Assembly (NCBI GenBank): GCA_009602735.1
Contig: WELA01003597.1
Location: 566,882 to 599,427 of the forward strand
Direction: 5' to 3'
DNA from: Mesotaenium endlicherianum
Lineage: Eukaryota
DNA length: 32,546 bases
Shown here: one piece after another, positions 1 through 11,318 of the stretch
Position numbering within the stretch: position 1 is the first letter of the stretch
Layout: the number at the start of each line of letters is the position of its first letter
Translations under genes and position numbers: made by a program
Notes under the pieces: generated by a model
What the model saw: the letters and a program-made list of their open reading frames with translations, nothing else
Told to the model about the DNA's origin: nothing
The model's database searches: none

Positions 1-110
1 TACAGGTGGAAAAAGCATAGACAGATCTAAAAATGTGTGCGGCTAGGGTTTGAGCTCTTGCATTCATTGCTGAATATACTTTCCAGACTTTGTTAGAGCT
101 TTAGAAATTT

Positions 111-1346
111 ATGGAAGATTTTACATCTAAATTCTGCTCCTAGCGTGCTTGTCCTAGACGTGGTGGTGCTTAGCATTGTCACCAATGTGAGCCTGTGTTC
201 CTCGTACTTGTGGAAGTCGACTCCTCATATTGGCTTCTTAACTACATAAGGAGACTTTATAAGAGACTAGACTCAACCTCACAGGCCGATGTTAGAATAC
301 ACAATAATAATGTGCCACAATCTCTCTATGAGGCTCTCTTTGGCCGTGTAGGTAAAGAAGTTGCCCATCACATTAGTAAAAATACACCATCTCATAGTAC
401 TAGTACAAGGAGAGTGTGGTGGAAAGACGAAGAGTTAAACAATTCATTGTCCTTTCAAGATGTGTCATTAGGATCCGGGTGGGAAGCAGCTAAGATATTG
501 CCTCAGTTCGGAGAGATAGTGACAATTATTCCTCCTTTTTATATGAACTGGGCTGAGAGTGTTACAGGTGAGGTGGGCCTATGTTTTAAGTTCTCGTTTG
601 CAGTTCTGAATCGAGCTAGTCATGGCACTTGATCACAACTATGATAAAGAGAGACAAAGAGCTCGTCATAACATTGAGTGTGACAGCCATATTCTATTCA
701 GGATGCCTGATTACCCTCAAAAAATTCAACAGGGGGGGGTAGAAGTTGAGGAGATCATGTTAGAAGCTGGAAGGTTGGCAAGAGTGGCTGGTACAAAGAT
801 GGTAGAAAAGAGAGTTGCTACAAAGCGCAGAGAGAGCAGACACAAAGATCAGCACGAGAGGTAGCTCGTGCAATAGAGATTGCTCGTGCCAAGTCTGTAC
901 AAGCTCTTGGTGAGGCCATGGCTAAAAGTAATGAGCCACTAATTTTAATTCCTAGAGTTCTGACACCGACACAGACTGCTAACAAGGAAGGTTGTAAAAT
1001 ATTGCTTGAGGCAAGAGCTAATTTGAAGGCAAAACAAGTTGTATATGCACATTTGCAAGTGCCTTCAAGCTTCATCATGCAAGCTGCTGACAGGAAAGGA
1101 AAACATTTTACTGGTAATGCACAAGGCTCTGACATAACGAGAGCAAGCGGCGGAGATCATGCTTTGTGGCATGTCATTGAGTCTTCTATGGAGCCTGAGG
1201 TTAGTTACCTATATATGCTTGTATCCTATATGTATTTCACATATGTGTTGTGCTGCTGCCTTTGCTTCTGTCTTCCTTTATCTTTCCTAGAATTTAAAAG
1301 CATCGCTGATACATGCTGTTGGCACACCTCTTGTTGCATTGTCTGA
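111..1346 (+). pseudogene. Decayed gene of unknown function (about 350-400 codons) with an N-terminal Cys cluster; convergent with the RAG1/Transib-like transposase
   Basis: Three consecutive plus-strand ORFs (195-632, 622-864, about 860-1346) join through two frameshifts. The 195 frame extends back to ATG 111 across two TAG stops: MEDFTSKFCS*RACPRRGGA*HCHQCEP. A possible splice donor GAG/GTTAGT lies at about 1200. No family recognised. Confidence 0.5.
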
Positions 1347-2169
1347 GCTGCCCTGCTCTTGCCCATTGCTTTCCCTAGCTTGTCAACACCTCCTAGCCTA
1401 TTGTTTGTGTTGGCAGACTTGCGCCAAGCATGTAGAGCATCCACCCCCTCACCGCTAAATTGGTCTAGATCTCCATGCCTTCTATCATTGCAGGGAGGTG
1501 GCACTTCATGATATGCATGTACATATTTATCATGTCTGAAGTGCATGCTGCTACAAATTTGTCCTCAAAATCTCTAGCTTGAGCCTCTACCTCAGCTGCC
1601 TTCTTATCCGTGTCAAATTGCATGTCTGTAGGTAGAGGGTCCGTCAACTTCATCATAAATTGGCTGAAGCTACTCCATGCTTGTATCACTTGTTCCTTCT
1701 TTGCAACATCTTTTGGCAAAAAAAAGACGCAGTTCGCAAGCTTCTCCGCCTGCTCAATCAGCCCCCGACACTCTCTTCCAATAAAGGTGGGCTTTCCTGC
1801 TCTTCCTTTAGTTTCCGTTTTCTTTAAGGCCTTCACCTGCTCCAGAGTAACATTCTTGTAGAGGGCATCTTTCTTTAGGATGCTCAAAAATTCCAGCTCT
1901 TTCTCCTCACCTCCTTCTAGATGTGCATAAAGTAATCTCTCGAACAAGGTCACCGTCACCCTCGGAAGAAGATGTAGTACGCAAGGCACACAGTCCTGAG
2001 GAGGAATGTCGAAGAATGGGGGCGCCTTGTGTCTCTGGCCCCTATGTGTCAACTGATATGCTAGCCAAGTTGTCTGGCTCTCTTTGTTGGGCTCGCCACA
2101 TATCTTCATCTTGTCAACCTCAAGCCTGACTCATTTTCAAAGTGTTTGTTGCAATAGGCGCAGGTGTGA
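1226..2169 (-). pseudogene. C-terminal half of a RAG1/Transib/Chapaev-like DDE transposase
   Basis: ORF 1465-2109 has PFFDIPPQDCVPCVLHLLPRV, FIGRECRGLI, AWSSF and INMYMHIMKCHLPAMIE. After a 1-nt frameshift, ORF 1226-1546 gives RHGDLDQFSGEGVDALH. This matches RAG1 (recalled) DALH, MNGNFARKL and [31 protein letters not shown]. The catalytic Glu position reads GAT (Asp) at 1439-1441. Confidence 0.8.
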
Positions 2170-3377
2170 TGTAATGAATCAGTTTGTTATTTATTTTATT
2201 AATTGCTTATACACGTATATTATTAAATAAGTGATATGTCAATATACTCACATGTGCGAGTTCTTCAAAATGAATATGTATTGATATGATGCAAGTTTAC
2301 TTACTTTGTCAAAGAGGTCAGCAGGATGACTTTTGTATCGTAGTGTAGTTTGCTGACTTTGTCGAAAAGGTCGGCAGGATGACATTTTGTGTAAAAGTGT
2401 CCTTTTCTGAGATTACTTGTATGTATACAGGACAAAATATCAGTAGGTTGATATGTAGTAAGCTTGTATAATAATAGTCACTATACTTGACCTCAGTACG
2501 CTGAGGATAGATATGTTCATGTGGATAATTATTTATAGATTGGCACATGTGACTGTAGTATACTGAAAGTCGGGAGGTCCATTGAGATCCGGTAACTCAA
2601 TGTCCTACCAGTGTGGTTAACTTCTGGGTAGGCGGAGCTGTCGTCAGTCAACTGAACAGTTAGGACTTCAGTCAACCGACCAGTAAGTATGGCCGTTATA
2701 CCTAGATCCGTGGGTCCCAACTTAACGGGTTTTCCACAAAACGGCGCACCTTGCGCCGTGGTCAACCAGGTGGTCACTAGGAACATAGCAAGCAAGGACC
2801 TCGTGATCCCTCATTCTGGACAGTAGGCTTTAGAGTCGGATTTCTACTTGCAAGTGATGTGTGCACTTTTGGGTTCGTTATTATGACCAGCTTCCACAAA
2901 AATTGACATGGCTTCTTCGTCTCTGCTCCAAATGGAGCGAACTAGAAATTTTCGGAAAGGTCTCCTGAAGATGCATCCGTTGTCGTGAAGTTTGCTCAAT
3001 TTGGAGAATTATTGCCATAGATGTGCCTTTTGATATGTCGGGGTCACATAGCGGACAGATTTCATGGTTTCGCACCTAAGTCTGTGGGATGTGTTTTAGC
3101 TACATTATGGTCATCTGAATAAGAGCGCCTTTGCTATTTAGTCCTCTGATGTTGTGTATGTGCTTATACATGCTTGTATGCCTGGTAGGCAAGAGGCCAT
3201 GGGTTTCTAAAGGAGAAGCTCTAGTCCTCAATTTTGCCTCCTTCTTGTACCTTGTGTTAGTATGCAAAATTCATTATAAGGGCAAAGATTGCTCCATGAT
3301 TTTGCACGCTTTCACCTATCTCTGATTTTGTATATTTAAGTGACATACATTTATCTTGAATAGCAAGATTCATTTGA
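2170..3377 (+). repeat. 5' LTR of element D
   Basis: TGTAATGAATC...GATTCATTTGA imperfect terminal inverted repeat, followed by the PBS. Roughly 87-90% identical by eye to 7516-8771 and lacks a segment of about 47 bp present in the 3' copy near 8615-8662. Confidence 0.9.
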
Positions 3378-3378
3378 G

Positions 3379-3390
3379 TGGTATCGGAGC
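3379..3390 (+). promoter_or_regulatory. Primer-binding site (tRNA-iMet type) of element D
   Basis: TGGTATCGGAGC, 1 nt after the LTR end; one mismatch to the canonical TGGTATCAGAGC. Confidence 0.9.
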
Positions 3391-5101
3391 TAAGTCCTTT
3401 CTTGAGTGTCCGTGCTTGTTTTCTTGTCTCATGAGATAATTGTGTGAGGCTTACTTGTGTGGTATGATGAGTCTCGGTGGAGCTTGGGAAGTGAATGAAT
3501 GTAGAGCATTGCACATCCTGTCCAAGATCCTCCCCCTTGCTCACCTAGTGTGTCTCTTGGCTCAATGTACTATGCGGCATACTAAGTTGACTTTCTTAGC
3601 CTCTTGTGTACAGATCCACGCAATGAGAAGCCTAAAGGGGAGGCTTGATGGAAGAGGTGTCTGCAAGCATCGAGGGCACCCTCAAGGGAGTTCCATCATA
3701 GCAAGCTGGATATGACTCAGTTACCTCACTTGATCATAGTCGTTGTGTGTTATTATATGCAATCCACGGCTAGTATAGAGAGGGGTGTGCACTCCAGCTG
3801 TGCTAGAGGACTTGTTAGTCTATTGTGCTATCTCTTAGGGTTTAATCTTGTTGCTTTGCAAGAGATGTTTTTCTCTTATTATGTCTGTGGTAGTTAGGTT
3901 GAGGGAGCTTGGGTATGGCTGCATGTGTTGAGCAATTGAGACAATGCGTGCACACATGATTTACTAACTTAAGTTTCCAAGTATGGATCCTCGCCAGGGT
4001 CTTAGTGCACTACGTTGTCCACAAGCTTCATCACGCTGCAACTTCTATGTGAAGAGGCTTCGGCAGCAACAATGGCATCCTACAGATACCCTTTATTCCC
4101 AACCTTGGCTGTGACATTGTGTGCTCTTTCGTTGGCCACATGGACGTGTGCTTGGAGGGTTTAGGGTATGTACCTTGTGCTTGAATGCTATGTGTGAGAC
4201 GATGCTTTTGGGGTGCTTGATGGGATCATGAGAGCTTAGGGTTTAAGCTTAAGATGAGTTTAGTCAATGTGCTGAGGTTTATTGATGCGGATCTTATGTG
4301 ATTGCTGACTTAGGTTAAATCAACCTGCTGAAGTATTTGACCTACTGTGGTTAAAGGGGTTAAGGGCTTGGGTTTATGGACGCAAGGGATGTCCTTTGAC
4401 TCGCTTTTATTTTGCATGGTTTATTAAAGGTTAAGTGTTCAAGAGCAGCCGCGGTCAATGAGTAGTTTGAGTGCTTGAGTTAAATGAGCTCATGGTGTTG
4501 CCATGCTTGGTGCTGGGCATGTCTAACTATGGAATTGTGGCTTGTTGGAGCCAACAAGTGATTCAGATAGATCAACATATCAAGACATAGGTCTGTACGG
4601 TGTGTTTACTGCTGTCTGTAAAGTCAACGTGGATACTAGAGGGGGTTTGACTACTTGCCTTAGGTCCAGTTGGCTATGCTTTTTTGGATGCCACTTGTAC
4701 ACTTGGTCAAGTGTAAAAGGGTATGTGTCTTAGCTCGCTAGAGGCGCATGCCAGGTAGCATGCAAGGTGCATTGGTATATGCGTCAAGTGCATGAAATTT
4801 GCATCCCGGGTGCTAGAGATAGTGGATCGCCGTTAGCATACCGTAGAGCAGGTTTAAAATGGTCCCTCCTGTAATAGATTCACTATGCACACCTAAGTAA
4901 AAATTGAAGAGACCATCGACATTATGGACGTTCTTGCAATGCATGGCTTGAATAATCTTGTTCAGTGTGATGCACAAACATTCTTCTTGCTAGCTTGGTA
5001 TTACAGTGCAAAAGTCTTACCAATGCACGCTGTTGTTATTGGCTTGCTAAGTGCTTGCTGCAATTGCAGTATGTAGTGTGTAATTGTGGTCGTCAGTAAG
5101 G

Positions 5102-5610
5102 CGCCCCTCACGTAATTTTTGTGAGGGGGAAATCAATATGGGCCTCGCATGTGCGCGCCGGGCTTCCTTGTCGTTTCGGCGTGTTTGGGATCATTCGAGA
5201 TCGTTCCAGGCCCTTCTTCGACGTCAATGCATACTTCGGCTACGCCGGGCCAGCGCAGCTTATAAATGCTGGTTGCAACGTCGGAATCGTTACTCGATTT
5301 TCTTGTGTGCTTGCGCAGGGGCGCCGAACGGGCACTGACGGGCCATGGCTGGTGGCGGGAGGGGAGCGGGGGGGCGCACCGGCCAAGGTGAGCTTGTGTT
5401 GACCCTCCCTTGTCTTTTTCGTGTCGGACATGGCGAGGCGTGCTGTTTTGTTGCATGGCCCCACCTTCTTTGTTTTGTTCGTTTGTTTCGACGGCAACAT
5501 TCGCCGTCGACGTCGTCGACGGTTTTTGTTTGTGTCGTGCATGTTTCAATTTGTCGTCATCGTTTGGGGGCGTCCGTGAGGGGGAACTTGTCAGCCCCCT
5601 CACAAACATT
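5102..5610. mobile_element. CpG-rich insert of about 0.5 kb inside D, probably a non-autonomous DNA transposon; ends unresolved
   Basis: Abrupt rise in GC and CpG. Four copies of CCCCTCAC/GTGAGGGG form one inverted pair at each end (5104-5129, 5576-5603). AGTAAGG flanks both sides (5095-5101, 5623-5629). Confidence 0.45.
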
Positions 5611-7515
5611 GAATCACGGTTGAGTAAGGGTACACGAGAACGAGAATAGGTGCCATGTATGTGCCTCCAGAGAGGAACTTAGTATTGAGCGATATTGAGT
5701 TTGCCCATTGTCATTGGTTGAGTCTAAGTGATCCCAATATTTGCCTCGCCCTCCCGGGAACTATGTAAGATGGAGTCATCAGATCTTGAGTAGGCTGATG
5801 CAGCTAGGGTGTGGTGTTTACCACAAGTAGCTTAGCTCATTGAAGGCAACTTACACACCAATTTGTTGTCTGTTCAACAGACTGAGACCAGCAAGCAGAT
5901 TGTGAAGCAATTGCGACATAGAGGTCGAGAGAGGCCGAGGAGTTGGCATGTTGGACGCTGCCACGTGACGCTTCCCCATCTGTCCTCTGGGCAACTTCAG
6001 GAAGTAAGACTTGAAGCAGGGACTATCCCGAAACATTAGAACTATGATGCAGTTAGTTGTTTTTGTTCCCTTTTCATTTGGATAGTTGACTCTCACCATT
6101 GGGGGGTATCATTCTGGTGTATGTCTTGCTAGGAATGACTAGAATGAGTCATTGTATGTATGCGTTGGTAGAGTCAGCTAACTGAGCTACTCTTCGGTAT
6201 GGATAAACCTGCTAATAAGGCCGATGGTCTTTATCTCATAGCAAGCTATCTACATTCTCGAATGGAGGGATGTAATAGGCTGGCTTGCGTTTGGGTTCTT
6301 CATGGATAGAGCTTCATGGTGAGAGGGTCTGAATGTCAGTACTCTCCTCACTATGCCACTTTGGGCATTGCTCTAGTCCTGAAAAATGAACAACTTGTTT
6401 TGGGGGGGGGACTTTCTTTCTTGCTTACTTGGATGTTTGCAATCTGTGTCCTCTCTTGGTTTTGGTTTGTTGATTCTTCTCCACCCACTCGTACCTCCGC
6501 AAACCTCTGTGACTGTCACTCTGTGTGCTTCTTATGATGCGAAGTTGTAGGCACTTCTTGGTGTGCTTATGTGGTTAGAGCTGTCAGGTCGACAGCTATA
6601 TAAGTTGGGAAGAGGGAGATGAGATGTGTATTAGGAGTATTCAATAGGCACAGTGTGCAGTAAGCTGTGCTTACCTACATACTCAGCAGCAAGTGTATGT
6701 ACTAACTGAGTCATACACTGCTACATCTTATGTATGTACTGCATTAATATCAGGAGCATCAATGACTGACTGGTGTAAACTGAGCGTTGCAGTACACTGT
6801 TGGAGCAAGTGTACGTACTAACTGAGTAAGTACATTGCCATAAGTTGGGATTGGATAGCAATGATACATGGCACATCAGGGAAACTCTTGAGGTGACCAG
6901 TATATTGCCTACAACCGTATGTTTCTTTGAACTTAGCGTATTTTGAAAATATGGTTAAAATTAAAAAAATTATTGGGCTCATTAACGTGATGCTACTAAC
7001 CTTGCAAGGGCACTCTGTGTCATCAAAATAGTTGGTCTTACTTTGTCTTCGGTACGCCAAATTTTGAGAAGGTACCTAAGTCACAAGAACTTGCTTGTGA
7101 GGAGCTTTCAAGGTGTGAGCACGGCAGGAGTTGAAGACCAAGAGAAGGAGAAAAGGCTTAATTCAGTAGGCTTAGCTTTAATATCATTCTTTCATTGTTT
7201 GACTGCGAAAGGAGGCTGTTTGATTTGGGTGTGGTTTGCATGGTGTGAGGTGCTCTATTGTGTCCTTCAACTGGAAGGACTATTATGAGTATAGTTATGT
7301 CTATGCACGTCTTCAGCTATTGATTGTGCAGTCAGATGGTTGCTTGCCTGACAGTCTGTTGTAAATTGGATTTACTTGCATTTGGTAGGTGAATATATCA
7401 CACTCATGGTTCTGTTTGCTTGCTTTGCTTCACCTAGTTGATTGAAGTGTATTTTTACTTATATGTATCATATGCTGAGTGTTGTCTAGGCAACAACAAT
7501 TTAAGTTGGGGAGCT

Positions 7516-8771
7516 TGTAATGAATCAGCTCATTATTTATTTCGTTGATTGCATATACACATATATCGCTATATAAATAATATGTCAATATACTCACATG
7601 TGCGAGTTCATCAAAATGGATTTGTATCGATATGATGCAAGTTTACTTACTTTGTCAAAGAGGTCAGCAGGATGACTTTTGTGTCATAGTGTAGTTTGTT
7701 GACTTTGTCGAAAAGGTCAGCAAAATCACATTTTGTATCAGAATATACTTTTTTGAGATTACTTGTATATGTATAGGACATAATATCAGTAGGTTGATAT
7801 GTACTATGCTCGTATAATAATAGTCAATATACTGGGACTCAGTACGCTGAGGATAGATATGTTTATTTAGATAATTATTTATGGATGGGCACATGTGACT
7901 GTAGTATACTGAAAGTCGGGAGGTCGACTGCGACCTGGTAGACCGATGTCCTACCAGTGTGGTTAACTCCTGGGTAGAAGGAGCCGTCGTCAGTCAATTG
8001 AACAGTTAGGAATTTCAGTCAACCGAGTAGTTAATATGGTCGTTATACCTAGATCTGCGAGTCCCAACTTAACAGGTTTTCCACGAAGCGGCGAACCTTG
8101 TGCCGTGGTAAACCAGATGGTCACTAAGTACATAGCAGGCTGGAATCTCGTGGTCCCTCATTCTGGACAGTAGGCTTTAGAGTCGGATTTCTATTTGCAA
8201 GTGATGTGTGCACTTTTGGGTTCGTTATTATGACCAGCTTCCACAAACATTGGCATGGCTTCTTTGTCTCTGCTCTAAATGGAGCGAACTAGGACTTTTC
8301 GAAAAGGTCTCGTCAAGATGCATCCGTTGACGTTAAGTTTGCTCAATTTGGAGGATTATTGCCATAGAAGTGCCTTCTGATATGTTGGGGTCACATAGCG
8401 GACAAGTATCATGAATTCGCACCTAAGTCAGTGGGATGTGTTTTAGCTACATTATGGTCATCTGAATGAGAGCCCCTTTGCTATTTAGTCCTCTGACATT
8501 GTGTATGTGCTTATACATGCTTGTATGCCTGGTAGGCAAGAGGCCATGGGTTTCTAAAGGAGAAGCTCTAGTCCTCAATTTTGCCTCTTTCTTGTGCCTT
8601 GTGTTAGTGTGCAATATGGCACACAACATTGAGTGAGTCAAGAGGTATAGATGAGTAAACGAAATTCATTATAAGGGCAAAGATCGCTCCCTGATTTTAC
8701 ACGCTTCCACCTATCTCTGATGTTATATATTTAAATGAAATATATATATCTTGAATAAGCAAGATTCATTT
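7516..8771 (+). repeat. 3' LTR of element D; its final CA is displaced to 18227-18228 by element C
   Basis: Direct repeat of 2170-3377, preceded by AAGTTGGGGAGCT. It ends AAGATTCATTT, and CATTT+CA+TGTGA follows element C. Confidence 0.9.
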
Positions 8772-9531
8772 TGAATTTTGGAAAGAATCGACTTACCAAG
8801 AGGCAATTAACAATTAATGAAGATCTTTATATCAGCGAGTAATTTTTATGGTATTTTCTGTTAACTGATTAAACAGCAAAAGACAACTCACTAGGAGTGA
8901 ACAATACTTCGCAAGTCAAATGCAAGTAAACTAGCATCAATAACGCAATCAGTAAACTCATACATAAGCAAGGCTAGAAGATTGTGCGTATCAATGGCTT
9001 CTTGCCTTGGATTCAGATATCTCTCAGTAAGCAGTACAAGAGAGTTGGCCTCGTTTCCAAATGCCGGACTTGAGACCAATACCTTGCATATGTACATGGA
9101 ATGAGTTCACTATTCAACGGCAAGTGCGATGGCACCGCCTACCCGGGAGTTAACCACGTTGGTAGGACCTCGGCTAACCAAATCTTCAGCCATCTCCCAT
9201 CATCCCGAATCGCCATCCACCTTAAGGGTGTCATCTGGCCACTCACCTAGCACACAAGACTTAGAATCATAGCTAGGCAATTCGTTGCAGCCGAGTACGG
9301 CAGCCAGCTCACTGTCAAAGAATGTGTCAGCAAGCTGACACAAGTTAACATGTTCCCTGACCTAATGGATTTCAACCTGTTACTCTCGGCTAAGTCATTT
9401 AAGTAAGTATCAAGTATCCAGCATTAGTAAATTTAGCAGACTAAATATTAATTAAAGTTTAACAGGCTAGACTTATTCAATTATTATATCTAAATGATAT
9501 TATATATAATCGAATATACTGATTCATTACA
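8772..9531 (-). repeat. 3' LTR of element C
   Basis: Direct repeat of 17475-18221, roughly 87% identical by eye. On the minus strand it begins TGTAATGAATCAG after TTTAAGTTGGAAGAAT. Confidence 0.9.
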
Positions 9532-9657
9532 ATTCTTCCAACTTAAATTGTTGTCAACTTGACAACAGTTCTATTCTTATTTACAACAAAGTAACACACA
9601 TGCAACACAACCAACTGAATCTAAAGCAAAGACAACAGAAAATTAAGTACCAGGGGC

Positions 9658-11318
9658 TCAGTCTTCTGGGGAGCGAGACCTAGAACCGGATCACCTTCTC
9701 TTGTCTGATGGTCACCTGAAACCCGGGGGCTCAGACCAGGGTGAACGAAGGGGTGAACGCAACAACTGGGCAGCCTGCTTAAGCACTGTTTGCAAGTTGA
9801 TGGAGACCGCTCTCTCTCGTGCAGTTCTCAAACTGATAGGGACGTACACTGGCATATCGGAGGGGTGCTGCATGACATGGGCTAAGGGTACATGCCCTCT
9901 ATGAGAAGGGATGTTGCTTGCCCTCTGGCTGCCTCCTTGGCAGCCCTTCTGTCTGCTCTGTCTGATTGAGTCTCACCTCCAAGGGTGGGACTCCTCTTGC
10001 TGAAACTCCCCAGCCACTGGAGATTTGGGTCTCTTGGTGGGCGAGTATCCCTCAGCTGCTGCATGGGTTGCCTGTGCAAGGGCACTTCCAATCTGTTGTG
10101 GAGTGGGGGATGTAGCGAGGGTCTGTGCCTCAGCAAGTTTAGAATCCTCTCCAGCGCCTTCCTCCTCTTTGTCCTCCTGTTCCTCTGAGACTTCTGGAGT
10201 CTCTCTGATCATCTCCTCCAGCCGTTCCCGAGAGAGTATCCCACTGACCTCCCCCTTTTGGGTGCAAAGTGCGGGTTGCTGGGTCCTAACCGCATACAGG
10301 TCTTTCTCCCCTTTCTTACTTGCCCACTTGGCATAAGCATGTTTCCCCTTTGAGAAAGAATCTCTAGCTCTGGTCCTATCCTCCTGTGTCTCTTGACTCA
10401 TGCAGTCCCTGACTCCATCCAGCCTTGGGTCCCATGCTCCAATGTGAGGTGGCATCTCTATCTTCCCCAGGAAATCTACCAGGAAATTGTCTTCCTCAGC
10501 TCTGTCATTTTGCTGGTCCTTCATGGTGATGGTCATCCAGCGCCAGTTAGAGTGCTGGAGAAAGAAAGTAGGATCCGTCCTCTTCAAAGTACAGGGGTAC
10601 CAGTGACCTGAGAAATCCAACTGGCTGGTCTCCTTTGCCAAGAACTTCCAGCTTCTTCTCTCGACCTCGTTATACATGGCCTTGAATCGGTTGTGGAAAG
10701 TGGTGTCCTTGAAGCTGTTTGTATGCATAGGGATCAACCTGATGACCTTGTCTGTGTCCCAGATTCCAGGTGATAGCACCGTTTCATATTCACCTATCGG
10801 GGCCAATGCTTTGGCCTCCCGGATCATAAATCCCACCATCCTGGCATAGTCATGGTACAATAGAATCCCTGTGCTGACCTCTATGTACTTGTCAAAATCT
10901 TGGGCCGTCTCTCTTCCCGCTGCAGTATGTCCCTTTGTGACTCACTTTGGCTGCTCTGGGCGTACTTGAAGGCTTCGTCCAAAAGATCAAAGCCCTTGCC
11001 CATCACCGTGTAGCGGTAGCTTTTGATTCTTCTTTGCTCCTCCTTGGCCTGCTGCTTCTGCCTCTCCCCAGCCAACCTTTGTACCTCCGCTTTCTTGGCT
11101 TCCTCTGCATATTTTTTGTCCTGCTCCTCCTGTCTCAGCGTGGTCTGTTCTTCCTCCTCCTTCCTCTTTTGAGCCTCTCGCTGTAGTCGGAGTCGCTCTG
11201 ATTCTCGAGACGAGATGGAGGATGATTCGATGTCGCCATGGAACTCCTTGTACTCCGCCTGCGCCTCGTCCGCTCTTCTTTTCCTCTTGAGTTGAGACAA
11301 TTGAGTCATCGTGCTCAT
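9658..11318 (-). pseudogene. Extra sense-strand ORF of element C between pol and the 3' LTR; unknown protein
   Basis: ORF 10881-11318 (KRKRR, E/K/Q/R-rich coiled coil) and ORF 9973-10860 (Trp/aromatic-rich globular part, then acidic stretch) join by one frameshift near 10920. A broken S/P/R-rich tail ends SGSRSRSPED* at about 9658. Confidence 0.7.

Noticed and set aside
111..1346. Calling the convergent gene RAG2-like
   Set aside because: No kelch GG/W repeats or PHD finger are visible; only the position is analogous.
2490..2575. CTGAGGA...GAAA as a hammerhead ribozyme (retrozyme) in D's LTR
   Set aside because: CTGAG is paired in a local CTCAG-TACG-CTGAG hairpin, and I cannot build stems I-III around the core.
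2318..3325. Short ORFs repeated in both LTR copies (also 7664-8641, 8891-9097, 17587-17775)
   Set aside because: The similarity simply reflects LTR duplication; there is no coding signature.
4881..4895. CACTATG heptamer-like motif as a Transib/RSS end
   Set aside because: It lies inside element D, not at a transposase flank, and has no partner end.
5084..5649. Six overlapping ORFs on both strands
   Set aside because: A by-product of high GC content in the insert; no protein motifs.
7043..7288. ORF whose start resembles a mitochondrial transit peptide (captured host exon)
   Set aside because: TTG start, short, and no recognisable downstream domain.
7948..7981. Resemblance of the shared LTR block to the 5S rRNA internal promoter (Cassandra-like)
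   Set aside because: Only about 21/31 matches to the recalled box C region and no convincing box A; could be chance. An Infernal search against the 5S model would settle it.
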